NCBI GenBank assembly: GCA_001938485.1
Contig: MQRK01215992.1
Location: forward strand, 1-64,000
Reading direction: 5' to 3'
Origin: Girardia tigrina
Lineage: Eukaryota
DNA: 64,000 nucleotides
Shown: in pieces, positions 38,981-52,849 of the stretch
Position numbering within the stretch: position 1 is the first letter of the stretch
Layout of the letters: each line of letters opens with the position of its first letter
Translations under genes and position numbers: made by a program
The notes under the pieces: model-generated
Seen by the model: the letters and a program-made list of their open reading frames with translations, nothing else
Told to the model about the DNA's origin: nothing
The model's database searches: none

Positions 38981-39735
38981 CAAAAGTACTAATATCAAAA
39001 GAATCACCAATATTGTGAAAGATATCAAAAATTTGAATCATACACTTGTTTCGAATATCAGACTGTGAGTTAATTGTTGTACTAATTAAAGAGTTGCTGA
39101 AACAAAATATTTTTTTATTTATTTGTTAATTGTCTTTTTCGACAATCTAAACAGGTTCATACAGCAAATACATAGTTCGATTAACCTGTTTAGCTTTTTT
39201 TATACAATAAAAATAAAGTATTCGTTTACGGGTAGATTGGGAAACGAATCCTTTATTTTCTTCACAGTTTTTATCATTATTATCATAAATTTATTTTTCT
39301 TTGTTATCTATGAGGGGTGAATTTAAATTTGCATTTAACCAAAATAATGTATAATTTTTTTAATTTGAAAGTTTAAAAACACAAATTTATACAAAAGTTT
39401 AAAATTAAAATAAAGAAAATCATTAAATCTAAATACAGGGGTGGCCATACGTTGCTTTACCCAGTTTTAATAATAATTTTATTTATTTTTTAATTTTATT
39501 TTTCTTTATTTTCATCGGTATTCATATTGCTAGGGCGCCTACTTCTTTTCTTGTCGGTTACAGAGCCGGTCTCGTAAAACTTATTAAAACAAATTATTAA
39601 AACAAAATTATTTTTTTAGTATTTATGTAGTTTTTAAGCACTTTTAAGGTATTATTTATATGAAATAATTAGCAAGATATTGTAAAAATATTTTGTGTTA
39701 ATCTACTTTAAATAAAATAATTTCATCAAAATATT

Positions 39736-40364
39736 GGTGGCACCCAAAAACCGCGAAAAGAAACTGCGAAGACAAAAATATTTATGGTATAAGATTTAAA
39801 AATTTCATTCCAGCTGTTTATATTTTAACACTTAATCGTCCAGAGATAATATTTAGAGCACTAATAAAAAAATGGAGCGGACATTTCTTTCATCTAACCT
39901 AGTTTACTTGGTGAAAGATTTAACAGAAATTTATAAATTGGATGCGGAATATGCACTTCAAATTCTACAAATTCCGAAATTAGGTTATGCACCTATCAGT
40001 TATATTGTCGCAGCGTTTGAAAAATTATTTTCCAGTTCATTCATTGTATTAAAAGAAGATGTTATTCAAAAACTATTGGATATAATTGAAAGAGACGATA
40101 GAAATAATCACCGTTACAGACCGCATTTTGAACACATAATTTGGAACTGTGGCGATGCTATAAGAAAAGGAATCCCTAAAATGAACAATTCAGTTAAAGG
40201 ATGGCTTCGAAAATTCAGCCAATTACTAGGATCGAGTCATTCAATAAATATAAGTGTTAATATAATTTTGTCTGTTTTTATTTATTTTTGATTATATGCT
40301 ATATTCTGATGATTAATAGGTTTTGGCGTTCACGTTTTTTCATTCGCAGTTTTGACGTGTAACC
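39736..40364 (+). mobile_element. Deleted MULE transposon with transposase C-terminal fragment (ORF 39872-40291)
   Basis: WNC..IRKGIPKMNNSVKGWLRKF..LLG.SH matches the MULE RTNN.VEGWH motif. Degenerate GGT...ACC inverted ends carry AAAACTGCGAA repeats. Confidence 0.8.
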
Positions 40365-40899
40365 TAAAAAATACCTTTTTTCTTGATTTTTAAAAGTTGG
40401 TTCTTAATTCGTTGTAGTGTTTTATTAATAAACTAGTATAAGACCCGTCATATATGATGTGTGAGCCTAATTTTTGTCTTTGAAAGTTTCTGTTTTAATT
40501 TTTAAATCATCAGTACTATAATTGCTTATTTATTGTTTACATATATATATATATANNNNNNNNNNNNNNNNNNNNNNNNNNNNNNNNNNNNNNNNNNNNN
40601 NNNNNAGTGTTAATATAATTTTGTCTGTTTTTATTTATTTTTGATTATATGCTATATTCTGATGATTAATAGGTTTTGGCGTTCACGTTTTTTCATTCGC
40701 AGTTTTGACGTGTAACCTAAAAAAATACCTTTTTTCTTGATTTTTAAAAGTTGGTTCTTAATTCGTTGTAGTGTTTTATTAATAACTAGTATAAGACCCG
40801 TCATATATGATGGGTGAGCCTAATTTTTGTCTTTGAAAGTTTCTGTTTTAATTTTTAAATCATCAGTATTATAATTGCTTATTTATTGTTTATATATAT
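40253..40899. repeat. Gap-flanking direct duplication (40253-40555 vs 40606-40899); likely haplotype or assembly duplication
   Basis: Near-identical copies separated by 50 N, each ending in (TA)n. Confidence 0.85.
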
Positions 40900-40949
40900 N
40901 NNNNNNNNNNNNNNNNNNNNNNNNNNNNNNNNNNNNNNNNNNNNNNNNN

Positions 40950-40984
<35 letters not shown>

Positions 40985-41416
40985 GAAGAAAAATATTTAT
41001 ACAATTCTAAAAGAAAATATCTTCAATCAACACGAAAAATAAATAACTAATCATCCGTATGTTCATTAGTACTGCCTGTGTAGCCCATATAAATTTAAAT
41101 GACTAAAAATAAATAAAAGAATAAATAATAGAATAACATTTTTTCCCAGAAAAATACATTTTTATCATTAACAGGAAATCCCAGAAAACAAATGTGAATA
41201 TACGGAAGTCATAGATATAAAATTGTTGTTGGGGAACAATTATTTTGAATTCAGTTGTTTTACAAAAAGATTATGTTTCAATAAACATATGTAAAGTAAA
41301 CATCCTGCTGGATAAATGTTCCATATTTTGATTAGGGAATTTTCTTTTTATCATGCAAGTATTTTTTCTATTTAAAAAGCAGAAGATCCTTAGATATGAG
41401 AGAAAAAAATATATTT

Positions 41417-42380
41417 ATGTGGTGCGCCCAATAAGTCGGGAAATTAATATAGAAAGACTTAAGAATCAAGACAACACTTTATATTTAGAACAAGCATTTC
41501 CTTGTGCACTGACACAATTTACCTGCAAATATCGAGGTTTTTGAAGGCGTTTTTGAAGAATTCTACAGGCTTTTCTCCCAGAAAATTCTCCACGGCGGTC
41601 TCAAATCATCTTTGTTTGCAAAAAATTGGATCTGTAGATGCTTTTTAAGATAGTTAATAAAAAAATTGGGACTATATGGTGGATAAAGAAGCAAAGTGAG
41701 CCCGCACCGCTCAATTTTGCCATAGAAACGCTGCTGGTGTGGATTGGAGCATTATCGTGTAGAAAATATATATCACACACTCCGCTTTTGAGTCGCGCCT
41801 TCCTTGCTTGCAGCACAATGTTAGAGTAGTAAGAATTATTGATCTTCGCGCCGGATTCATAAAATTCAGTCAGAATAACATCAGCATGAGAACCTTTAGG
41901 TGGCAAGTTGAGGACCCTATTTTCAGTGCGCTGCTTTCTTTTTGCAATTTCTATTTTTGTGACTCTCTTTTCGATTTGGGGACAATGGTGCTTCATTCGC
42001 GGTGATTCCAAGTAGCATTCCAAACGTCGTTGTCGCATTTCCACTGTTAAAAAGCTTGGTAAAAAGGGTACATAGTTTTCGAGTACCACTTTCAGAGAGG
42101 AGAGTATGCACAGTGCTTTTGCTCACTTTTTCTGGCTGGATAAAACTGACTACTATCTCCACTTCTCCGTAAAATTGGCCGAAGAATTACCAATTTTTTG
42201 AAACTAAATTAAACGATGTAAATCTTTGGTGAAATTATCGTTTTTAAATAAATTTTTTTTTGAATTCGTGAATGCGGAGAATATTTTTTTGAAATTAGTC
42301 TTTTATTTGTTATTTTTTAATAAAATAAAAATAAATATAAAATGAGTTATGCTGTGAATAGTTTGAATAACACCTGCATA
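41417..42380 (-). mobile_element. Degenerate mariner transposon
   Basis: SKSTVH (HTH), RKLC, YFLHDNAPIHTS and HPPYSP motifs across frames, with TA-flanked degenerate TIRs. Confidence 0.85.
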
Positions 42381-42582
42381 TTATGGTAACTAAATAAATA
42401 GAAATAATTTGAATCTAATAAAGATTTATTTAGTGGCTTTGCAAGTTTATTAAAATTTCAAATGGATCAGAAACTTAGAAATTCAACAAAATTAGCAAAA
42501 GGACAGTCTTGTCTCAAAAGAATTTTGGGATTTTAGAACACAAATATAGACATTGCAGCAGTTGATGAGAGAGCCTTGCAAC

Positions 42583-42697
42583 CAACGTCCCCTCTAAAGT
42601 TTTTTTAAAGTTGCCGCGCAACAATTTTTGAACGTGGCACAGTAAGCTTTTATGTGACATCTTTGACAAAATGGTGACACATTTCATTCCAATTAGT

Positions 42698-42735
<38 letters not shown>

Positions 42736-43419
42736 ATTTTAATAAATTAATTTGTGAGATTTAATTATTGGCTGTTTATTGATTGCTTCAGAAAACACAG
42801 GCAGCTGCGTGTTTTTCTTAACAAAATTAAATTTAACGTTTGAAATCAACAATGACAAAACAATATTGATTTCAGTCGCAGATTTGGGTTTATTGTCAGC
42901 AATAAACAATACGATTCCAAATATAGTCAAATGCAACTGCATTGTATAACAGTATACAGGCTGTATACTACAGCTGTATGATACAACATAGTAAATGTGA
43001 TTTGAATGTGTAATAAAACTTAATTATTATGAGACTTTTTGATATAAATTAGCTTATTTTTGTTACATGCCTCTTGAGTTTCCCACACTAACATAAATCT
43101 TTTCTATATAAGCTGAATAAACATTTTTCAGAAAAGACATTTTTTATTCAAAAGCATTAGACATGACATTTATATAGATATACAAAGAATTATCGTACCA
43201 ATGGCATACTATAATATCTTTTAATTGTGATAAACCACCTTTATTTCCGATAAACCTGCAACAACTGTCATAATTATTACTTCTATAACGTATTGTGTTG
43301 AATAATGTTAAATAACTGTGCTCTAGTAAGTTTATGAATATATATCTCACATAGTGATTACACGACGCTGCTCACGCATTTAAGAAATCTGCGTACGAAA
43401 AAAAATAGAGGGAACGTTG
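42583..43419. mobile_element. hAT MITE
   Basis: TIRs CAACGT(C/T)CCCTCTA at both ends and an 8-bp TSD CTTGCAAC / CTTGCCAG (6/8 identical). Confidence 0.8.
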
Positions 43420-44868
43420 CTTGCCAGTTAATTTTGAAGACATACTGCACGTACATTCGGAGTATTGTGAGATGGATGAAGTGGTTTCTGTTGTGAGTGA
43501 TTGTTCGATAGAGTAAACCGAGAAACAGAAAGCAATAATAGAACGAGAATCAGTCCTCATTAGCACCATATATGTTGATTGCACAATTGTTGTCAGACAG
43601 GAGAGATGGCAGTCTGAGCACCATAACCCAGAGGTGAAAATATATAGGATTCCACCGACACTAATATATACACTATAAAGAGTATTAATTTGAATACCAT
43701 TGAAAGTGATGGCAGCTCCATATTTGTGAGACAAACCCCCATCTTAAAACACGGATTAGTAAACACCTATCGTAGAGTAGTTTGAGTGAGTTTGTAGAAC
43801 ACTGCAATTGTTTCAAAGATAAAAATTCATCAATTTCAAAAGATAAGTTTCCGATTTATTTAGACGAATTTCTGCTAAAATTTATAAGAGATTGAATTGT
43901 GAATAACAGCAAAACTGGAAAGATAAAGCTACCTCACTATATATATTTTAAATTAATTTATAAAAATTAATAAAAGTAATTAAAATAATCATCAAAAATG
44001 TAATTTTGAATAGAATTAATCATTAAAATCTTTCGTTATGTTTTCATACTTTTGAGCATTGTATTTGAATCCTCGATCAAAATAATTAAAAGCTGATGGT
44101 GATCCATGAGGATTGAAACGTACAACATAAATATTTATTCAAACAATAAATAATTTTAATTCTTTGAAATAAAACCTTTATTTTTATTTATTTATACAGA
44201 GGGAAAGTGTCAATCATTTTTTGGTACTACTTCCAAATTGTTGAGCATTTATGTTCAATTTTGGTTTTACTCGATTAATTTAGATACTTTGTAAAGAAAA
44301 ACAATTATAAATATTAAATAAATTATATTATGTAAAATATATTTATAAATTTATTCAAAAAAATATAATTATGATCAAACATTATATTGCAAGATGTTAA
44401 TATTAAAAAATTTTATTTATTTTATTTTCAAATCACAAAACATTATATTTTTATATACGTATAACATTTTCAAAATTATATAAATTTTTGATGGATTTTA
44501 GTCGTATGAAATTTATTTATATTTTTGGATTATACCGATTTTAGAATATAATTTATTTATTTTGCACAGAATAAAAATATTACTAAAAAATTATTTTTTA
44601 TGTTATCCTAGGATTAATTTTCCAACATTTTATTTACATTTATTTTGTAATTAGTTAATTATGTTTATTGAACTGTATTGAACTAAAATACGTACAAAAT
44701 ATTAATATATTAATACAATATATAATATTATATTCATATATTAGTTTTTTAAGTTTTTATATTACTTAAATGTGACTGAAGCCTAACGGAAAAAATATAA
44801 GTTATTAAAGCAAATAGAAAATACTCTTAAAGTGCTTTAAAAAAGTTCCTTGTATCTTTATAATAATA

Positions 44869-46437
44869 CGCGTGTACCCATTAAATACCCGGAATGAAGG
44901 TCTAATAATTTAAATATTTAATTGATTTTTTGTGCTAATTACTTTTGTATTTTATGTAATTGAAATACAATTTTTTTATTGTGAGATTTGCATATGGTCT
45001 TATTTTTGAGAGCATTGTGAGAGGTGGTTGCAACATCAATATCCGAATTCATTTTTTTAACACCAAATTTTATTTATAAATAAATATTTAATATTTAAAT
45101 GTTTTCTTATCATTTTTAATTTTAAGATATTTAATAGATACATTAAAAAGATATTTTTTTATTTTTAAATAGATATTTAATTTTTCATGATTTTCTTTTA
45201 TTATATCATTTTTAATTTTTTTTCAAAATATTTAAAAAACACATTAAAACATATTTTATTTTTAAATACGTATTTGATTTTTTAATAGTTGTTTTATTAT
45301 ATCATTTTTAATTTTAAAACATTGAATAAGCATATTAACATTAAAATATTTTACCTTTTAAAAAAATAATAAATTATTCTGGCGAGATAAAAATTTAAAT
45401 TAACCCCTCATATGCATAAAGTTGTATAAATATGTATTATCCCGTAAAAATTGTCTTAAGACATCGATGAATGAAATTATTTACGAGTTAAGGAATGAAT
45501 ACCATGATGAAAGCCTATATAAAACTACATTTTATGACTAGAGTGCTCAATTCAGGCATGTTAGCCAAAGTGGTTTTGATAAGAAAAGCATCGGAAGACC
45601 TTTGGAAATTGTTAAAACATTAAAAACAAATTGGATAATATTATTAAATTTCTCAGACGCATCACAACAAAAGCGCTTTGATTCAGTCTGAATGTGAATA
45701 AATGAGGTTTAGATTGCTAAATAGAGTCATAGTTAGTTTCATGCTTCCTAACAGGTGAATTTTGTAAAAAGTGACTTAGTATTTGCCAGATAAATCTCAT
45801 GATATTAGAGCAAATGGAGATATTTTCGTTCAGAACATCATGATAGTTATAATTAGTGGAAATTCTCAAATGAGACAAGCATAAAGAAGCTACGAGCATC
45901 CACTTGCTACCCTATATCGCTCATTCTAACGACTTATTTGAATTTCCGAGGCGTTGTTTCAATAGATTTTGCTGGCAAGGACGTGAAATTAACACTTGTT
46001 ACTATATCGAGCAAGTCTAGAAAGTCAAGAAGTCCAGACCATGATTTCACAAATGCAATCTAGGGATAATGACCAAATACATAGAAGTACATTGTCTAAA
46101 ATCGAAATCAAGAAAGTAGGTTTCCACATCTTATCACACCATATTCATTGGACCTAGCTACGAGTGCTATTTATGTTCCTCTATTTAAATAAAAACTTAC
46201 CTAGTACAAATTTCACCTCAAAAGCAAAATTAAAAGAAGTGGTGTTAGAATTTGTGGAGAATTAACCCGTCCTATTCAACAATAATGCCTTTTTAAAGCT
46301 AGTAAAACCCTGGGAAAGCGTGAACAGAAAAGTGTGAAAAGTAAATACCAGTAAATACCCACCAATGTCAGTTAAAATATGTTTCATATGTCATGTTCTT
46401 TTCTACTTCATTCCGGATATTTAGTATACGCACAAGG
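44869..46437 (+). mobile_element. Degenerate mariner transposon
   Basis: TA-flanked TIRs containing TAAATA(C/T)CCGGAATGAAG; the HTIFIGP/PYSLDLA region matches HPPYSPDLA. Confidence 0.75.
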
Positions 46438-47273
46438 TATATACAGTATTAGATTTCTTGTGTTTCAGTTTGATATAAATCTTCGCTTGTCCCCACGCAA
46501 ACTATATTAAAATATCGAGGCATTCTTTGAAACGTATACCGTATGTGTTTGGTAGAAATAAATAAAATAAAAAAATGCTAAATCTCTCACTGAAATTGTC
46601 AACCAGGATAATAAATGGTAGAAATGAAGAATGTTTAATCATTTTCTGTATTCATAAATCCATTATTTTAAAATAATAATAATTTTTCAAACAACACTCA
46701 AAACAAGTTCCATTAAAAATTGTGGCAAATTTTGTTTTATCTATATTCATAAAAAAATAATTGTTGCACCCGACAATTTGAAGGTTTTGTTACAATGTGG
46801 GTTTCATATGGGGTTTCATATTATATGATATTATTAAAATCATTTAATAATATATACATTTACTTATGTGAGCTATAGAAATTTAATAATTATGTAAAGA
46901 AAATTCATTAGGGGATACTTTATTAGTTCAGTAATAATTTAGATTTATGATTAAATATATAATAGTATTTCTTTATAAAAAAGAAGAAAATTAAATCAAA
47001 GGAAAGACACCTTTTATATTATTTATGATTTTTAAAACAGAACAATAATTTTAAAAAATATTTAAATATATGTTAAAAGGATTTGCATGGTGCAATTGTA
47101 TAATGTCATGAATAAGTTAATAAATAAAAAGTAAAACTATTAAAATGTTAAATATTTCTATATGACACTGACTAATTCATCAAATTTAAATATGTTTGTA
47201 AGGATGAGTGAATTATTATTATTATGGTTGTTAATTATTATTGAAATTATTATTATAAACATATTATTATCAT

Positions 47274-47514
47274 TATTAGATGTATGTGGAAAGTATGCGT
47301 GATTATGAAGTATGAAATTGAGTAACGGGATTGAGAGTTTGATGATATAATGTATGTATGTAATAGTGTGCGGTGTCAATCATGGGGTGCTAACCCAGCA
47401 GATCTCCCTAATCCAGTTATGCAACCGGAGCGAGGTGTGCTTGTATATAAGATAGAATGATTAGTTTATTATTGTATTATTATATATCTTAGCAAATAAT
47501 CTTGTCTTTTAACA
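47274..47514 (+). mobile_element. Possible solo LTR
   Basis: GC-richer block with T(A)TTAGA...TTTAACA ends and an internal TATATAA. No TSD seen. Confidence 0.35.
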
Positions 47515-48539
47515 ATGTTTAAATGTTATATAGACCAAAAGATGCCCCAATAATTATTTTGAAGTAAACATGTTAAATATGATACTAATGCGACTTATAT
47601 TTATTGCATGTTTAATCACTTTAAGTTTATTTTTAGTCAACAATCTGGTTTAATTCATTTAGCAATTAAGACAGTTTTTTATCATTGTTCTTTGTTACTG
47701 GAAATTATTTTTGTTCTGGAAGATTAATGAATGATAGTTACCTTTTAATGGTTCTAAGCAAACTTTGATGATAACCACCTTTTCCTAGTTAGGCTAGGCT
47801 GTACTTTTCCGAATATCTTATTTCACAGAATTTAGAATATAGATTGCAAACAATCGCCAATAGTACATTAAATCTTGTGAAAACTGTAATGTGGATTATC
47901 CATAACCGTTTTATTCATAGAAGCAATGAAATATGTACGTTACTGTAGTATCATCAATCAGTTATATTCTTAACTAGGCGACTGTGAGGGATAATTTGGA
48001 ATGTTGTAAGTTTGTTGTTTGTATGCTGTTTAGATTTGTGACTCTCCTACTCTGATGGGATTGATATGTTATTGATTAATTATTTGAATCTAATGAAATT
48101 AATTTAATGATATTAAATTAAAGTACTAATTAATTAAAGTTTGATAATTATGAATTTTAATAATATTTTCAGTAAATGATTTTAACTTATTAAATGTAAA
48201 ATATTTTAAAAATTAATGTTTATTTAAAAAAAATATGTAATGACTTTTATCCAATAAAAATTATGAGAAATTAAAATTTATTATTAATCTTTCTCATTCG
48301 TTGTTTTTTAGATTTGAATATATTAATCAAAGAAAGATGACCATTGAAAATTGTTGTGAAGAATCTGTTTGTGTTGTAAATAAATGTTTGCATTCAAATT
48401 GGGATGTTGTTAATAGCGACAATGAGAAAATAAACTCACAGCAGTGAGTGACGCACAGTGCATTTTCTATTTTAAGAGCAGCTTTTTTACAAATAAAGTA
48501 TGAAACTTAAAGAGTCACTTATATGTTTCTTCCTGACGT

Positions 48540-48700
48540 TTTAGCTTAAACCATATTTCATTCATACCCATAAATACTTCTATATGCAGCAATATTTGGA
48601 TCCATTTGATCGACAACTCCCATAAAATTATTGAATTTTTTAACTGCATATGGTTGTGTACTAACTTATAAAAACAACAAATATATTTGTTAATTTGTAG
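48540..48700 (-). pseudogene. piggyBac (PGBD-type) transposase fragment
   Basis: QPYAVKKFNNFMGVVDQMDPNIAAYR matches QP..V..YN..MGGVD..DQ....YR. Confidence 0.75.
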
Positions 48701-49060
48701 ATCACTCATATCTATTATTACTGTTTTAATGCACTGTAAAGTAACTGGGTTGGTAATGACCCCGTGGGCATAAATAAGTTAAAACAAAATGAATTGTTTT
48801 AAAATAATCTAAATATGTAACTGAAATAATAATGTACTTTAATTTTGAGGTATAAACTACGGTCTTGAATGACTAAATGACTCAAAATGAATTCTCGATT
48901 GCCTAAGCTTTAATAGAAATTTGATGCATTTGACCTGTAGATAACTTAGAGGGACCTTGGTTAACATTGACGGACATACATCAGCAACAGCGATCCATTA
49001 TTTTATTATACAGATAACTGTCTAGCAATAAAATTCGGGTGGAAATCATCTTCATTGAGT

Positions 49061-49106
<46 letters not shown>

Positions 49107-50945
49107 GTTTTTTTAGTTTCCCAAGAGATAAGTGGCTATCTATGGTATATTGTATATTTATATTTATATTGACCAAAAGAGAAAAAAATAGAGAACTATT
49201 ATTAAAATATTTTTCTTCATTTTAATTTAAATTTACCCCTAGAAACAGAATATTAGAGTGACAAATATGCTGCAAATAAACAACAAATTTTAAATTTTAA
49301 CAAATTTCCAAAAAAAATCTGTTTTAAATTTCAGTTTCCTGTTTGAAAGATTTGATAATGTTTATAATGAAAACATTTTCATTTTCAATGTTAAAACTGT
49401 TTCTATTAATTTTATTTTGTCAATAGGAATTTAATATTGGAGAAACTAAGAGAATTTTTGGGAGTTATTTGGTGAGAGGAAGGAAATAAAATGTTAAATT
49501 TAAATTAAATTTTGAAAATGGATTTTTTTTGCTTTCTTTGAAAAAGTTTCCCTTATTTATTTTCTTTAATATGACAAAAGAAATTTCTATTTTCATTAAT
49601 TTTTAATAGAAGATAAATGATGTCATAAAATGGCAGAAAAAATTAAATTTTCAGTTTTTTTAAAAATTGACAAAATATTGAAACTGTTTATTAAAAAATT
49701 ATTTTAAATAATTATTTATTAAATAATTAAGTATTGTACAAGGACATGGAATAAACACAACACGGGAGAATGGAACCTTATTTCAAATGTGGTGGTTGTT
49801 ACTAACGTGACGACCGTAGCAGATGCACCAGTTTAAGGGTAGAGGGGATGCGAAATATATACTGCAATAAGTGACTCTAGCTCGAAGTATCCGCACGCTA
49901 TATAAAAATAACTTTATTTGTTTCAAACGAAATTTTGTTTTTTTAAAGAAAGTTATTTTCATATAATAGATCAACAAGCTCAATTTTTTGAAATATATTT
50001 TATGAAACTTTAGTAGAATTACATTCTTTATTTTTATCGCATATATATTGATTTAAGTTAACCTTCAATGGTCAGAAAATCCGAAGAAGACAAAAAGGAA
50101 TGAAATGTAAAAAAAGAAAAATTAAGTGAAATGGGAGTCTGGATGAAAAAGTTGAGATTAAGAAAAAGAATAATCAGTATCGCAATCTATATAAGACATA
50201 ATAAACATGATTTTATGTCTTAAGTTAAAATTATTTTAGAAAATTTGAAATTCACTCTTTAGGCGAAAATCTAAAAAGTATGAATATTTTAAGGACCGTC
50301 TGAATTTGAATACATTGATTTTATCATTCGTTGTATGAAGGAAATTCACTACAAACGTTCATAATTCAAGAAGGATGGGACATTGAATGAACTGTACCGG
50401 CCTAATTATTAAGAGAAAATTGGAAGTTTATTCGGGGAGAACAAATGTATGAGACAGTGTTTACGAATTAAGTTTTGCGAACCTATTTTATATTTGCTGT
50501 AATGTAGAAGGTCACTCACAGTTTCAAAATGTATTTCAAGAATTCTTATTTATCGAATATCTGAAAAAGAATACTTTGTGTATAGCTTGGTCGATTGTAA
50601 AATAAATTGTAAATTGCGAAGATTTTCGATGTTTAAAATCCAAAAAGACAAAATTAAGCTATTAAAGTATATTAATTTGAACTTGATAAAAGAGTTTTTT
50701 CAAATTGAAAGTGAAAGTATACAATACTGTAAGAGAGTGTTGTTGTTATTTTTTAATTTTTGAAAATAGAAATTTTTGGTGTTTTTTAAAATTTTGAATT
50801 ATAATCGAAATTAAAAAAGAATATTGAAAAATAAAATTAAAAAAGAAAATAAAAAAATGAAAATTTGTTTAAATAACAAATTTAACCTTTTGTATTTTTG
50901 AATAAATTTTGAAAGTCTTTATTTCCTTTTGATTTAGAATTGAAG

Positions 50946-52830
50946 TGGTGGCAGCGCTAGCAGCTTCAGTCACGAACCGACAGATTCCCGACATGTTCCA
51001 GATCGGTAAAGAAATTTATTTCTCGTTGCAGAAGATATTTTGAAGCAGCGGAAATTAGTCAAAAGAAATAGCAAACATGTATTGACACCATGATACATGA
51101 AGATCTCTTGGAAGCATATGAGAACACAGCTGGTAAAGCTGATAATTTTGAGGATCGGCTAAAACTAGCGTTGGAGAAGTCCAGAGAAGCCACGAAGGAT
51201 TAGAAAAACTGTGGAGTTATCTCAAAGACACTGATAACGCACACACGTTTTTTTTTAAAAAAAGTTACCGGCTGGTGAAAAAGACGTTGTCGCAAAGACT
51301 CAAGGAAGAAGCGTTAAAAGCTCAAATGTTAATTCATTGCATTGATGATGGAGATGTTGTTTATGAAATTAAATCATGAAAACTAAAGACTGCCAAGAAA
51401 ATATAAATATATATCATTGCACTCGTAGACGAAATAAACCATTAAAAGAAAAGCAGGATCAATGCTGTGCAAAGTTATCTAGATGTTGTTCAAAACAGTA
51501 GGGCTACTGAAGAAACTACAAAATGGGTAAATCATTCTTAGATGAGACAAATGCTACACTTGTCATCAAGCGGGACATTTCAACAAAAATTGCCAACAAA
51601 GAAGACCAATGCAGTGTTAAAATTGTCAAGAGATAGGGCTCATCTGTTAGAACTACCCTAATAGACAGCCATTGGTTTGTTTCTTGTGCTGCGAAAATGG
51701 ATATAGACGAACTCAATGTCCAGAGATACGCTGTAAAAATATGGCAGGAAAGACTATCTAGCAGCAGAATGTTTAGTGAATTCTAGCAGTCAGAATAATG
51801 GTTACAACAATGGAAGATCAAGAGTGCAGAACAAGTATTGGAAGTTTAAAATCAATACAATGAACGAGGATGAAGTGCGTACAGTTGATGTTGATTATAA
51901 AGAAAAAGACGATAAGTCGTACCCAAATGACTAGGCTCCGCCAATGGGGAAGTTAGTGAGAGCCAGATGCCTTTGATCTTAAAAGATAATTTCCATGGAT
52001 TTGGATGCAAGCTGGATGTCTGAACGATGAATAAGGTCAATGGATTTTTCAAAAAGAATTTTGAGTGAGAACTCTATGTTAACGCATTGACTGAGGATGT
52101 GAAGTCGGAGATAAGTTATCGTAAAATGCAAGTGCGCTTGAGTGTTACAGTGGAAATTCAGAGGAAACAGGGGAAATGTTTGTTAGATACAGTAGCAGGT
52201 GTTAATGTTATGAGAAGGAAGTTTTATAAGGATTTTAATAATTTGGTGTTAGAAAAATGTGATATCAATTTGAGAGGTACCAAAGACGGATAATTGAAAA
52301 TGTTGGGTAAAATAGAGGTATAAATAGGTATGTCAGACCAGAAAAGTATTATCATTTATTGTCGTGGAGAGTGTGGTTTCAGAACTGATTGGAGGCGTAT
52401 TATTCACGAATATTTTCAAAGGAACGAATCACAAGACAATAATGTATCAAGAGAAGCAAATGGAAGTGTTTGTAACATTGAGGCGAAATTTGGCGAGCTG
52501 ATAAGGCCAGCAGAGAGATTAAAAAGAGCGATATATTACATAGGTAAAGTAGATGTTAAGCTGGTAAAGGTCATTCAGAAACAGGCAGAGGTATTCATGG
52601 CTGATAAATGAGATATCAGAAGATATTAATAGTTTAGTCAAATATAATACTAAGACAAATGGGGAGCCAAATAATTTAAAACCGTTTAAGCAATCAATGC
52701 ACCTAGAAGATAAATCATGGAGACTATTAAAAATGTCTATGATATTTGGAAGTTTAATTCACCTTGGAACACACCAGTTATTTGTTTGTGGAAAAAAGAG
52801 AAGAAGGATATTTATTTTTTGTAGTTTTGA
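50946..52830 (+). mobile_element. Decayed Ty3/Gypsy gag-protease-RT start
   Basis: PBS-like TGGTGGCAGCG, zinc knuckles CYTCHQAGHFNKNC and CFLCCENGYRRTQC, protease CLLDTVAGVNV, and RT start SPWNTPVLFVEK. Confidence 0.85.
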
Positions 52831-52849
52831 ATAAATTTTGAAAGTCTTG

